Of a stretch of DNA of 64,000 nt, positions 8,631-18,241 are shown in pieces. The position numbers and the translations under genes were made by a program. The stretch's first letter is position 1, and each line of letters opens with the position of its first letter. The DNA is from Vampirovibrio chlorellavorus (GTDB taxonomy: Bacteria; Cyanobacteriota; Vampirovibrionia; Vampirovibrionales; Vampirovibrionaceae), in contig CAIPMU010000015.1 of NCBI GenBank assembly GCA_903866275.1, positions 36,084 to 100,083 of the forward strand, read 5' to 3'. The notes under the pieces were generated by a model, which saw only the letters and a list, made by a program, of their open reading frames with translations, was not told the DNA's origin and did no database searches.

Positions 8631-10075
8631 ACTTTGTATCGCTGCCTTTTATTTTCTTTTTTTTCACGGTCTTTGTGCTGTTTTACAGTTTGCCCGCCCG
8701 CTACAGAATGCCGCTGCTACTCATTGCCAGCTACTTTTTTTATGCCACGTGGAGCATTCCCTTCATTACGGTCATTCTATTGACCACCACCACCGATTAC
8801 TGGATGAGCCAAATTATTCATAAGAGCGCGAATCTGAGCCAACGAAAACTGGCCCTGACGGCGGGTCTCACCATTAATTTACTCCTGCTGGCTTTTTTCA
8901 AATACACCAACTTCCTGCTGGACACCTCGCACGGACTGGCACACTGGCTAGGCTATTCGTTACCCCTGCCACACGTCCTGCAGATTCTACTCCCACTGGG
9001 GATTTCGTTTTACACCTTTGAGGCCATCAGTTACATGGTCGATGTCTATCGGGGCAAAGCACCTTCACCCAATTGGCTGGCCTACAATTTTTATATCATG
9101 TACTTTCCGCACCTCATTTCCGGGCCGATTGTGCGTTTTGTAGAATTATTCCCCCAGTATGAACAGCCACTGAAACGCCCGTCGCTAGAACGCATGGCCA
9201 AAGGGTTTGAACTGATGATTCTTGGCTTTGGCTTTAAAATTCTATTAGCCGACGCAGTAGCCCCACTCGCGGATACAGTCTTTCAGGATCCCGGCCATGC
9301 CTCGGTAATAGCAAGTTATATCGCCGCGCTGGCCTTTACCGTGCAAATTTATTTTGACTTTATGGGCTACACCCACATCGCGCGTGGGGCCTCGTTGCTG
9401 TTCAACATTGAAATGCCCGTCAATTTTAACCACCCTTACGGGGCAAGTACCATTAGCCAGTTCTGGGAACGCTGGCACATGTCATTGTCCCGCTGGATTC
9501 GGGATTATTTATACTTTCCGCTGGGTGGATCCCGCGGCAAACTCATTGCCACACTCTGCAATTTAATGATCACCATGCTGATTTGCGGCGCATGGCACGG
9601 GGCGGGATGGACATATATTTTGTGGGGCGGTTATCATGGCGCGCTTCTGGCCGGTTATCATTTGTACAAACACCTAAAAATAAAATACCTGCAAGGTTGG
9701 GAGAGCTGGTTGACTCATCCGCTTTATACCGTCATGGCAACCACACTCACGTTTTGTACCGTGGTAGTGGGTTGGGTCTTGTTCCGCGCTCCCAACCTGC
9801 AAAACGCCGGGCAAGTTTTAAACCGCTTAACCAACTGGCAGGCACTAGGTAACGAACTGGTCACCATGCTCAGCACCCGCCATTTGAGCAATCTGGGGAC
9901 CTTACTTTTTCTGCTGACCTGCTGCTTTATCGGTCCCTGGGCCATTCAATGGCTAGCATCACTCTATCGACCGCTCCCCTACTGGGCAAAGGTACAAGTG
10001 GCCTGTGGCCTTGCGTTGCTCTGCTGGATTTTAACCGCCTCGGGGAACCACCCCTTTATTTATTTCCAGTTTTAA
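8597..10075 (+). CDS. MBOAT-family membrane-bound O-acyltransferase (AlgI/DltB-like)
   Basis: 492 aa polytopic membrane protein with typical MBOAT blocks, including the conserved His in CGAWHGAGW and FWERWHMSLSRWIRDYLYFPLGG. The start could instead be GTG at 8627, which would remove the overlap with the upstream gene. Confidence 0.85.
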   Translation: MAIQTRGAQAVNFVSLPFIFFFFTVFVLFYSLPARYRMPLLLIASYFFYATWSIPFITVILLTTTTDYWMSQIIHKSANLSQRKLALTAGLTINLLLLAFFKYTNFLLDTSHGLAHWLGYSLPLPHVLQILLPLGISFYTFEAISYMVDVYRGKAPSPNWLAYNFYIMYFPHLISGPIVRFVELFPQYEQPLKRPSLERMAKGFELMILGFGFKILLADAVAPLADTVFQDPGHASVIASYIAALAFTVQIYFDFMGYTHIARGASLLFNIEMPVNFNHPYGASTISQFWERWHMSLSRWIRDYLYFPLGGSRGKLIATLCNLMITMLICGAWHGAGWTYILWGGYHGALLAGYHLYKHLKIKYLQGWESWLTHPLYTVMATTLTFCTVVVGWVLFRAPNLQNAGQVLNRLTNWQALGNELVTMLSTRHLSNLGTLLFLLTCCFIGPWAIQWLASLYRPLPYWAKVQVACGLALLCWILTASGNHPFIYFQF

Positions 10076-10177
10076 GCCCGAATCGCTGATGCCCCGGCCT
10101 GCCCTGTTTGCCGTTTTAGCGCAATCGTGCTATCCTTCCGGGTGATAACAACATGCACAAGAGGGATCCGCTTCATT

Positions 10178-11008
10178 ATGGCTCTGAAAGATGACTTAAA
10201 AGGCTACTGGCAAGTCGCTAAAAACACCCAATACCTATTGAGTTATCTTGGGCTCAGCAATCGCTTCAAACGCACTCAAGATTTCACTTACGACACGTAC
10301 ACCGAATTTTTCAGCCGGGACACCAAAAAACTCAAACGCGTGAAACAACGTTTGGCCCGCATTAACAACCAATTTATCACCACCACCACTCTGGCTTTGG
10401 AAAACGAATTTATCAAAGCCCACGCGCAAGCCATTAGCAGCGTGCTAGGCACTGAAGCTACCGGCGCCAAATTACTGGAAGTCGGTGGGGGTTATGGGCG
10501 AACGATTTTCCCGCTATCCTGCATTTTCCCGCAGGCTGATTTTTACGCCCTGGAGTACACGGCCCAAGGCCCCGAAGCCGCCAAAAAATATCTGGAAGAA
10601 GGCCTCTCTGAAATTCAGGGCGTGGCTGGCTCGTTTAAAGCCGAAGCCGCACAAAATCATCCCCGCTTTATCGAATTCCGCCAGGGCGATGGAAAAGCCA
10701 TCCACTACGGCGATAAAGAGTTTGACGTGAGTTATACCAACCTGGTACTGGAACAAATCCCCGAACCCGCCGATCATGAACGCATCATGGCGGAAATGCT
10801 GCGCGTGACTCGCAAAGCCTCCTGCTTTTTAGAACCCTGGCATGACGCTCAGGATTTAATCACGCTGGGCTTCCTGAACCATAACGACTACTTCCGGGCC
10901 AAATCCGAAGTACTGTATCGCATTGGGTTCAAAAAAGTAACTTTCATCCCCTTGGGCTTCCAGCACAATTTACGGTTTAAATTGGGCTATGTCATCGCCG
11001 AGGTTTAA
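10178..11008 (+). CDS. Class I SAM-dependent methyltransferase
   Basis: Motif I LEVGGGYGRT plus an acidic loop, and the motif post-I/II pattern DVSYTNLVLEQIP. The ATG at 10178 is preferred over the upstream GTG used by the ORF track. Confidence 0.7.
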   Translation: MALKDDLKGYWQVAKNTQYLLSYLGLSNRFKRTQDFTYDTYTEFFSRDTKKLKRVKQRLARINNQFITTTTLALENEFIKAHAQAISSVLGTEATGAKLLEVGGGYGRTIFPLSCIFPQADFYALEYTAQGPEAAKKYLEEGLSEIQGVAGSFKAEAAQNHPRFIEFRQGDGKAIHYGDKEFDVSYTNLVLEQIPEPADHERIMAEMLRVTRKASCFLEPWHDAQDLITLGFLNHNDYFRAKSEVLYRIGFKKVTFIPLGFQHNLRFKLGYVIAEV

Positions 11009-11038
11009 AGTCGGGGTCTCAAGTCGTTAAAGCTGCCC

Positions 11039-11075
11039 CTCAGGGCCGTAGGCTCAACACGCCCTGAGCAAAATC
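11039..11075. terminator. Possible intrinsic terminator hairpin between convergent genes
   Basis: CTCAGGGC-13 nt-GCCCTGAG stem followed by a short cttttcc tract. It lies between the convergent methyltransferase (+) and oxygenase-like (-) genes. Confidence 0.3.
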
Positions 11076-11212
11076 GCTTTTCCAACTTTATTTTGGGATG
11101 GACGTTTTACAATCATCCATCAGCTCAAACCCAAATACGCCCAGCAGCCCGATCAATACAGGGACTATACATCACCCTGAATAAAACGGTAGCCGACGAC
11201 AAGCCTTGAAAA

Positions 11213-12331
11213 CTAGGCGGTAAATGGATTCACATAATAGGACTTTTTCGGAAACGTCCGCGGCGTAACCGCCAGATGCCGCTTAGGATCGTTCGCAAAC
11301 AAAGTGGGATCAATCTGGCTGAACTTGGTATCCGTCAGGTTATGGTAACAAAGAAACTGGATCATCAGCACAAAACGCGCATGACCCGGCTGCAAACGAC
11401 TGCCATAATGCATACAGCGCGACGTATCCACGAGTAGGGCCTGCCCCTCTGGGCCAGTGGCCTGAACCAATTCTCCCGGCTGGCAATAGGACATCAAGGC
11501 GTCATCCGGGTATCTAAAATTCTCCGGGGGCGACGCATGATCCGCCCGGTACCGAGCCAGCGCCCGCTCCGTCACATCCGCTGGCAAGAAGGAAAACGGC
11601 CCATGCGGAAGCTGAACATCCTGCAAATTCACAAACAGTTTCAACTGCTGAAAATCTTCGCCGTCCTGATGAAATAACTGACTGCTGGCAGGATGCTCTT
11701 CCCCATTATTAATTGATAAAATGAGCGCAATCCGGCGCAAAACTGGCACCTGACCAAAGTAGAGTGACACCGCATTCAGCAAGGGTTCATTCAGGGCAAA
11801 TTCAATCCATTCCGGATGCGTCTTCAAATCCTCATCATAGAGCAAATTCACCATAAATTTTTTCTGGTTAATGGCTTGATATTCAGCCTGAATTTTATCC
11901 AGCTGATCATGCCGTTCCGCAAAAAGCTGCAGCGACAAGTCCCGAATACGGTCAAAGCCGGGCAATGTTCTGGCATCCAGCAACGTATAGCCTTTTTCTC
12001 GAGGCACCCGAATGGGTGCGGCACTGGCGGCAATCTGGGTTGCCAATTGCTTGCGCCGAACGAACTGCACCGGATGACTCAACACCCGATAACTCTTTAT
12101 TAATTGGCAACCTCTAGGCGAAGCCAGCAACCGGGAAAAACACTGCTTGCTGGCATTCTGACGCCATGCCTTATAGCGTTTTCGCCACGATAACTGGGGA
12201 GGCACAGGCACACCCGAATCCGACACATTCAACTCAGGCCCTGCAAGATCAATGGTTGAGGCATTGATCTGAGCATCATTATTATTATTTTGAGTTGCAG
12301 AATTCGCAGATGGCAAAGGGTTTACCCCCAA
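11213..12331 (-). CDS. Putative Fe(II)/2-oxoglutarate dioxygenase (PhyH-like), start uncertain
   Basis: HxD...H arrangement (FHQDGEDF ... CMHYGSRL) and a downstream HARF Arg, consistent with a PhyH-type facial triad. The N-terminal 60 aa are low-complexity, so the true start may be internal. Confidence 0.35.
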   Translation of the reverse strand: MGVNPLPSANSATQNNNNDAQINASTIDLAGPELNVSDSGVPVPPQLSWRKRYKAWRQNASKQCFSRLLASPRGCQLIKSYRVLSHPVQFVRRKQLATQIAASAAPIRVPREKGYTLLDARTLPGFDRIRDLSLQLFAERHDQLDKIQAEYQAINQKKFMVNLLYDEDLKTHPEWIEFALNEPLLNAVSLYFGQVPVLRRIALILSINNGEEHPASSQLFHQDGEDFQQLKLFVNLQDVQLPHGPFSFLPADVTERALARYRADHASPPENFRYPDDALMSYCQPGELVQATGPEGQALLVDTSRCMHYGSRLQPGHARFVLMIQFLCYHNLTDTKFSQIDPTLFANDPKRHLAVTPRTFPKKSYYVNPFTA

Positions 12332-12608
12332 TCACTAATGACTAGCTCTAAGTATATTAAACCGCCAGGCACAATACAATCCATCCACAAACAAGCAGGC
12401 GCTGCCCCCTCGGTGACAGCCCGGGGAGCTTTATGGTAGCATGGCGCAAAGACAAAGCCAGCAGGCAAGATGCCGCAACCCGGTCCAGCTTCCACCACAC
12501 CCAACTGGCTCACCCAGTCTAACACCCCCATTGCGCTCACTAAACCGCATCCGGAGCACTGCCTGAGTCTCCGCAAGCCCTGTATCAAGTTTTCACAGAG
12601 GAGACCCC

Positions 12609-13808
12609 ATGCTGACCTACTGTACTCGCTGTGTGATGCCCAGCACCAAGCCGGATCTCTCATTTGACGCCGACGGTGTTTGCAACGCCTGCCGCAACTA
12701 CGAAAACCGAACGGCCGTCAACTGGGATGCCCGTCAGCAAGAACTGACCCAACTGCTGGATCGCTACCGCTCCAAGGATGGCAAGCATTGGGATTGCGTG
12801 ATTCCGGTGAGTGGCGGCAAAGACAGCACCTATCAGGTCATTCGCATGCTGGAACAAGGAATGAATCCGCTGTGCGTGACCGCTTCCACTTGCGATCTTT
12901 CAGACATTGGCCGCAAGAACATTGAAAACATCCAAAATATGGGCGTGGATTACATTGAGTTCACCAGCAACCGGCCCGTGCGCCGCAAGCTGAACCGCAT
13001 TTGCCTGACCACGGTGGGTGATATTGCCTGGCCCGAGCACGTCAGTATTTTCACTACTCCGGTGCAAGTGGCGGTACGCTTCAACATTCCGCTGATTATC
13101 TGGGGCGAGAATTCCCAGAACGAATATGGCGGCCCCGCTTCCGCCACGGAAAATAACGTCCTCAATCGCCGCTGGCTGGAAGAGTTTGGCGGCCTGCTCG
13201 GCCTGCGTGTCTCCGACCTCATTGGCATGGAAGGCATTGAAGCCCGGCATCTCATTCCCTTCACTTACCCCAGTGATGAAGAGCTACAACGGGTCGGCGT
13301 CACTGGCCTGTTTTTGGGTTATTACCTCCCCTGGGATGGTCTATCCAATGCATTAATCGCGCAAGCACACGGGTTTACCTCCTATCATCAGCCGGTGGAA
13401 GGGGCCATGCTCAACTATGAGAATCTGGACAACCACCACCACGGCATTCACGACTACTTCAAATTCCTGAAGTTCGGCTTTGGCCGGGCCACCGATCACG
13501 CCTGCATGCACATTCGCCGGGGCCGCCTGTCTCGTCAGGATGGACTGGAAATCGTCCGCCGCCACGACGGAAAATTCCCCAAGTCTTATCTCGGGAAATC
13601 GCTGGAAGCCATTCTGGAACCGCTGGATCTCACGGTAGAAGAGTTCACCAAGGTGTGCGACCGCTTTACCAACAAGAAAATTTTCCTGACCGATGCCCGG
13701 GGCAACCTGGTGAAAGACAAACACGGAAACCTCACCAAGACCAACGCCGACAACAGCTCCAGCCCCGCGGCCAACCCGGCCCCGGTGCTCTCCGCCCCGG
13801 TCCGCTAG
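12609..13808 (+). CDS. N-acetyl sugar amidotransferase (PP-loop ATPase; WbuX/PseA-like)
   Basis: N-terminal Cys cluster CTRCVMPSTKP...CNACRNYE and PP-loop SGGKDST. It is immediately followed by HisH and HisF paralogues, the canonical three-gene arrangement for acetamidino-sugar formation. Confidence 0.8.
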   Translation: MLTYCTRCVMPSTKPDLSFDADGVCNACRNYENRTAVNWDARQQELTQLLDRYRSKDGKHWDCVIPVSGGKDSTYQVIRMLEQGMNPLCVTASTCDLSDIGRKNIENIQNMGVDYIEFTSNRPVRRKLNRICLTTVGDIAWPEHVSIFTTPVQVAVRFNIPLIIWGENSQNEYGGPASATENNVLNRRWLEEFGGLLGLRVSDLIGMEGIEARHLIPFTYPSDEELQRVGVTGLFLGYYLPWDGLSNALIAQAHGFTSYHQPVEGAMLNYENLDNHHHGIHDYFKFLKFGFGRATDHACMHIRRGRLSRQDGLEIVRRHDGKFPKSYLGKSLEAILEPLDLTVEEFTKVCDRFTNKKIFLTDARGNLVKDKHGNLTKTNADNSSSPAANPAPVLSAPVR

Positions 13809-13818
13809 GCTTGCTCCG

Positions 13819-14439
13819 ATGACGATTCTGGTGGTCGATTATGGCATGGGGAATCTGGGCTCGGTACGCCGCGCCCTGGAAGAGTGCGGCGCCAATGTGC
13901 TAATTTCAGATGACCCGCATGACCTGAAGCTGGCCAGTCATATTTTGCTCCCCGGTGTGGGCGCCTTTTGTGATGGGGTGAATCATTTAACCCAACGGGG
14001 CTGGCCGAAAGCCCTCCGACAAGCGGTGTTGGAGGATGGCTTGCCGTTGCTGGGCATCTGTCTGGGTATGCAACTCCTGATGGCCCAAGGCGATGAAGGC
14101 GGCGACGCCAACGGCCTCGGTTTTTTTGAAGGCCGAGTCGTCCGAATGACACCCACGGCTGGTGAGCGTATCCCGCACGTGGGCTGGAACGAACTGCACC
14201 ATGTCCGCCCTGACCCTTTAACCACGGGCATTCCTCAGGGGACCGATTTTTACTTCGTGCACAGCTACGCGGTAGAGCCAACCGATCCCACCACCGTGAT
14301 TGCGACCACTCCTTATGCTGGCGGGGTTCCGGCCCTGATTGGCAAGGGTCAAGTCTGGGGGGCCCAATTTCACCCGGAGAAAAGCGCCAAGGCCGGATTC
14401 CGCTTACTGCAAAACTTTCTGGGGACGGCCGTATGCTAA
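13819..14439 (+). CDS. Imidazole glycerol phosphate synthase HisH-like glutamine amidotransferase paralogue (WbuY-like)
   Basis: 206 aa class I GATase. Nucleophile Cys in LGICLGMQLL, with HVGWN and FYFVHSY blocks. Its stop overlaps the start of the HisF paralogue. Confidence 0.85.
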   Translation: MTILVVDYGMGNLGSVRRALEECGANVLISDDPHDLKLASHILLPGVGAFCDGVNHLTQRGWPKALRQAVLEDGLPLLGICLGMQLLMAQGDEGGDANGLGFFEGRVVRMTPTAGERIPHVGWNELHHVRPDPLTTGIPQGTDFYFVHSYAVEPTDPTTVIATTPYAGGVPALIGKGQVWGAQFHPEKSAKAGFRLLQNFLGTAVC

Positions 14440-15215
14440 AAGTCCGGGTGATGCCCACCCTGTTGTGGAAAAACTTTGGTCTGGTCAAAGGGGAACACTT
14501 TGACAGCTGGCGGCGAATCGGCACCGTCATGCCTGCCATCAAGGTCTACAACCGCCGAGAAGTCGATGAGCTGGTGCTGCTGGACATCACCGCGACCGAA
14601 GAAAACCGGGATCCCGATTATGAATCGGTGGCCGAGTTTGCCGCCGAATGCTTTGTGCCGCTCACGGTGGGCGGGGGCATTCACAATCTGGAACAAATCA
14701 AGCTCCTGTTGCGGGCCGGAGCCGACAAAGTGGCCGTAAATACGGCAGCGTATCGCACGCCCACCCTCATCACCGAGATTGCCCAGCGATTTGGCGCACA
14801 ATGCGTGGTGGTGAGCATCGATGTCAAACGCCACCCGGATGGTCGCTGGGAATGCTTCAGCCAATCCGGCACCCAGCCCGAAGGGAAAGAGCCGATCGCA
14901 TGGGCTCAAGAGGTGGAACGTCTGGGCGCGGGCGAAATTCTGCTCACGGCCATTGACCGGGATGGCCTGATGCAAGGCTATGATTTAGACCTGATTCGAC
15001 AAGTCTCGCAAGCAGTCAACATTCCCGTGATTGCTTCCGGTGGCGCAGGCGGCTATGAGGACTTCTACCGGGCACTGACCGAAGCGGGTGCTTCTGCGGT
15101 GGCGGCTGCCAGTATTTTCCACTTTACCGAGCAAACCCCGCTAGAAGCCAAGCAGTACCTGCAAGCCAAGGGCCTGCCCGTCAGAGATTCCAATATCGCC
15201 AAGCTACCCATTTAA
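14433..15215 (+). CDS. HisF-like cyclase subunit paralogue (WbuZ-like)
   Basis: 260 aa TIM-barrel HisF/HisA family member (VLLDITA..., GGGI, VSIDVKR, IASGGAG). Confidence 0.85.
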   Translation: MLKVRVMPTLLWKNFGLVKGEHFDSWRRIGTVMPAIKVYNRREVDELVLLDITATEENRDPDYESVAEFAAECFVPLTVGGGIHNLEQIKLLLRAGADKVAVNTAAYRTPTLITEIAQRFGAQCVVVSIDVKRHPDGRWECFSQSGTQPEGKEPIAWAQEVERLGAGEILLTAIDRDGLMQGYDLDLIRQVSQAVNIPVIASGGAGGYEDFYRALTEAGASAVAAASIFHFTEQTPLEAKQYLQAKGLPVRDSNIAKLPI

Positions 15216-15342
15216 CGACCAATCACAGGATGATCACATCAACAATTTCCCATCCAATTCACGTCTCTAAACGCCTTCTTTGCTAGACTGTTAACCGACA
15301 CGCCTCATTGAAGCCAAACAAGCACAGGATCAAGACAGACCC

Positions 15343-17238
15343 ATGATGCAGGGCACAGCCATTCTGAACCTTCTGGAACGCTGCAAACACTGGCTGAACA
15401 AAGCCAGTGTCAGTCCTCGCCAGCGCATTTTCCTGCCCGAATTCAGTCGCAAAATCCAGAAACGACTGGAAACGGTGCACGGCCCGCTAGCTTGCATCTC
15501 GCCACAAAAGCCTAAATTTCCCTTGCCCTGGCGCATCCAGTGGGAACCGTTGCCCGACAGCACAACCCCGCCACTTGGCTTGCACGCCACAGCGCGCCAG
15601 CTGGTGGACGCTCAAACGGCCGCCATCCATCAGTATTTACCGGGCTTTTTCAAAAACCCGGCCCTCAACGTGGACTATGAACCCGCCTACACCATGAACC
15701 GGCAGCAACAACTGGCCGTCTCAGGGCTGGCCTTTCTGGCCCGCTGCTTTGAGCGCCAAGCGGTGGCCCAGCAACCGGAAGCCTGCTCACCCTTTCTGAT
15801 TTTGAACAGTCCCGTTGCACCCGCCTTACTTCCGGAAGGCGAACTCACCCGACAGGGGATGCCTGAGTTTTCCACCATCTTCTCGCCGGTGCGGCCATTA
15901 GCGCTGGACAGCTTTAAAAAACACCGAAAACCCTTACAGTTTCCCAAAACGACCAAACCGACCGTACTGATGGTGATGAGCGCCCCCGTACATCTGGAAC
16001 TGGCCCGTCCCGCGCTGGAAAGCCTGGAATCAACCTATACCATCGTGCTTTTTTTCGCCAACCCGGACAAAATCAGCGCTGCGCTGCGACAAACGCTCTC
16101 CCAACGCTACTTCACCATCGACGCGCATACGGTGATGCCCACCGAGCGGCTGGCCAAGGGTGCTTACGCCTATTTCAACCAGCGCCTGCAACAAATCGCC
16201 CATCTACCAGTGCCCCAACCCCTCCAGGAAGCCCTGAGCGCTGAACTGGAGCAAGTGGGCGACACGGTGCGCATTATGACCCTGTTGGAAACCGTGCTCG
16301 GGGCCATCCGTCCCGCAGCCGTACTGGGCTGCATGGAGAAAAACAGGCTGAGCGTGGCCTTCCAGACCCTGCAAGCCCGCTATGGTTATCGCTTGTTGAA
16401 CTTTCAGCATGGGATTATGCCCTTAACCCATAATCTAGACTGGCTTCAGTTCGATCGCTTTTTTGTGTGGAACCCGCTCAGCCAACGCGTGGTGCTGCAA
16501 GATGGTTACCGATACCCGGAAAGCCTTGCAGTGGTAGGGAACCCCTTCTGGGAACAACAGGACTTCCCCAAGCCCAGCTCAGCCAAAGCGCAGGAAATTC
16601 TGGCATGGCGCGGCCAAAGCCCCCTGATTGGGGCCTATACCCAGTACAGCGCCGATTATCTCACCCCAGAGGTTCGCAGGGCCTATCTGGACACCTTGTT
16701 TGCCTATCTCGCAAGCCGTCCACAGGTCAAATTGCTAATTAAAAAACACCCGCTGGAAACGGATCAACTGGCGGAAACGATGCTGGCCCAAACCAACTTG
16801 CAGGATCGGGTGATGATTTGCACCGGCCGGGAGCTGGATTTGTGGGAATCCTTTGCCTTGATTCAATTCTCCACCACCATTTGCTCCACCACGCTGCTGG
16901 ATTCCCTGCGGGTGAACGTACCCGCAGTGGCGCTGGACTTCACCGACATCATCGCTCACCTGGGCTACGGCTATGATCAGGAGCCAGACATCACCATTAT
17001 TCGAGCACCTGAAACAGTCCCAGCATTGTTCGACCGCTTGCTGGAAGCCCAAAAAGACCACGAGAAGCCGCCTGCCTCCGACCATTCTCAAGACGGGACG
17101 CTCTCCCTGATTTACCCCAACTTGCCCGGCAGCTATGCCCAGCGCGTTCGGGCAGAATTGGTCGCTATAGGACTACTCCCCGCATCCACGAGCGACCTAA
17201 CGGAAACACCAGAAGTCGAAGTGCAGCCCACGCACTAA
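15343..17238 (+). CDS. Uncharacterised 631-aa protein with MurG/PseG-like (GT-B) C-terminal motif; probable sugar or nonulosonate transferase or hydrolase
   Basis: C-terminal segment ESFALIQFSTTICSTTLLDSLRVNVPAVAL fits the GT-B donor-binding pattern (A..I....T...E.....PV). It sits inside the nonulosonic-acid locus. Confidence 0.4.
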   Translation: MMQGTAILNLLERCKHWLNKASVSPRQRIFLPEFSRKIQKRLETVHGPLACISPQKPKFPLPWRIQWEPLPDSTTPPLGLHATARQLVDAQTAAIHQYLPGFFKNPALNVDYEPAYTMNRQQQLAVSGLAFLARCFERQAVAQQPEACSPFLILNSPVAPALLPEGELTRQGMPEFSTIFSPVRPLALDSFKKHRKPLQFPKTTKPTVLMVMSAPVHLELARPALESLESTYTIVLFFANPDKISAALRQTLSQRYFTIDAHTVMPTERLAKGAYAYFNQRLQQIAHLPVPQPLQEALSAELEQVGDTVRIMTLLETVLGAIRPAAVLGCMEKNRLSVAFQTLQARYGYRLLNFQHGIMPLTHNLDWLQFDRFFVWNPLSQRVVLQDGYRYPESLAVVGNPFWEQQDFPKPSSAKAQEILAWRGQSPLIGAYTQYSADYLTPEVRRAYLDTLFAYLASRPQVKLLIKKHPLETDQLAETMLAQTNLQDRVMICTGRELDLWESFALIQFSTTICSTTLLDSLRVNVPAVALDFTDIIAHLGYGYDQEPDITIIRAPETVPALFDRLLEAQKDHEKPPASDHSQDGTLSLIYPNLPGSYAQRVRAELVAIGLLPASTSDLTETPEVEVQPTH

Positions 17239-17299
17239 TTTCTTACTGGAATACGCTACACCCCAGACTGAAACCAGACAGATACTCATATCGGAAACG

Positions 17300-18034
17300 T
17301 TAGCCGCTTGTCGGTAGCAAGCCAGAGGTCAGCATTTGCTCGGCCGCAGTCCAGTCGGCGGGGGTATCCAGATTGATCAGGCTGGGCGCATCCTCAATCA
17401 CCAGCGAGAGAATATGCTCGCCCTCCAGATGCCGATACCGCAGGAGCGACTCCAGCCGGGTGACATAGATCACGCCATTCCGGTAAAACGTGGGCGTTTG
17501 ATCCTGTCGGCGCGTATACTGCTGGCCGGGAAAGAGATAATTGACCCGCCCGGCTTCCAGTGTCATGGCATAAAAGGGCGAATAGTGGTGCGGCATGGGG
17601 CTCACACTCACCAGCGAATCGGCCTGAGGGTTTTCTTGCAGCAAGCGCACCGCCGACTGTAGATGCTCAGCCCGCCGAAACGGAAACGTGGGCTGCAACA
17701 GCAAAATCAAGTCAGGAGCCACGGTATTCGGCTCCGCCAAAAGGATTTCCACGAGATGCAAGATCACATCAATGGTGGACGTGGCATCCTGCGCCAACTC
17801 GGCAGGCCGCAAGAAGGGCACCTCCAAGCCTAACGCGCGAGCGACTGCCGCGATTTCAGCATCTTCCGTACTCACGATGAGACGCTCAATCCCCCCCGCC
17901 TCGCGGGCCTGCTCGGCAGTGTACTGCAGCACTGGCTTGCCGCCCAAAGGCTTGATGTTCTTGCGCGGAATCCCCTTGGAGCCCCCTCTCGCAGGGACAA
18001 TGGCCCAGGTTCTCAATGGGGAAGGTTGCTGCAT
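17300..18034 (-). CDS. neuA: Acylneuraminate cytidylyltransferase family (CMP-nonulosonic acid synthetase, NeuA/LegF/PseF-like)
   Basis: N-terminal AIVPARGGSKGIPRKNIKPLGGKPVLQY and LLQPTFPFR blocks typical of CMP-NeuAc/CMP-Kdo synthetase-fold enzymes. Confidence 0.8.
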   Translation of the reverse strand: MQQPSPLRTWAIVPARGGSKGIPRKNIKPLGGKPVLQYTAEQAREAGGIERLIVSTEDAEIAAVARALGLEVPFLRPAELAQDATSTIDVILHLVEILLAEPNTVAPDLILLLQPTFPFRRAEHLQSAVRLLQENPQADSLVSVSPMPHHYSPFYAMTLEAGRVNYLFPGQQYTRRQDQTPTFYRNGVIYVTRLESLLRYRHLEGEHILSLVIEDAPSLINLDTPADWTAAEQMLTSGLLPTSG

Positions 18035-18241
18035 GTGAGTCCCATCCTCTTTGACTCAAAATCATTCCAAAAATCGTGCTGAACGCCTGCACGCCTTTAG
18101 CGGCATGGTGTTCATCCATCTGTATCAGGTGCGCCAGTCGTGTCAGAGAGACTTTTTCGCTACACTAGCAACAGAGACGTTAGGCTCTCAATCGTATCAC
18201 CAACTGGCCCAAAAACCGACCAGAAAGCCCCGAAAAAGCCC

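Noticed and set aside
12322-12663. 113-aa minus-strand ORF spanning the promoter region of the amidotransferase operon
   Set aside because: It overlaps the start of the well-supported plus-strand amidotransferase gene and has Cys/Trp-rich atypical composition. Likely spurious.
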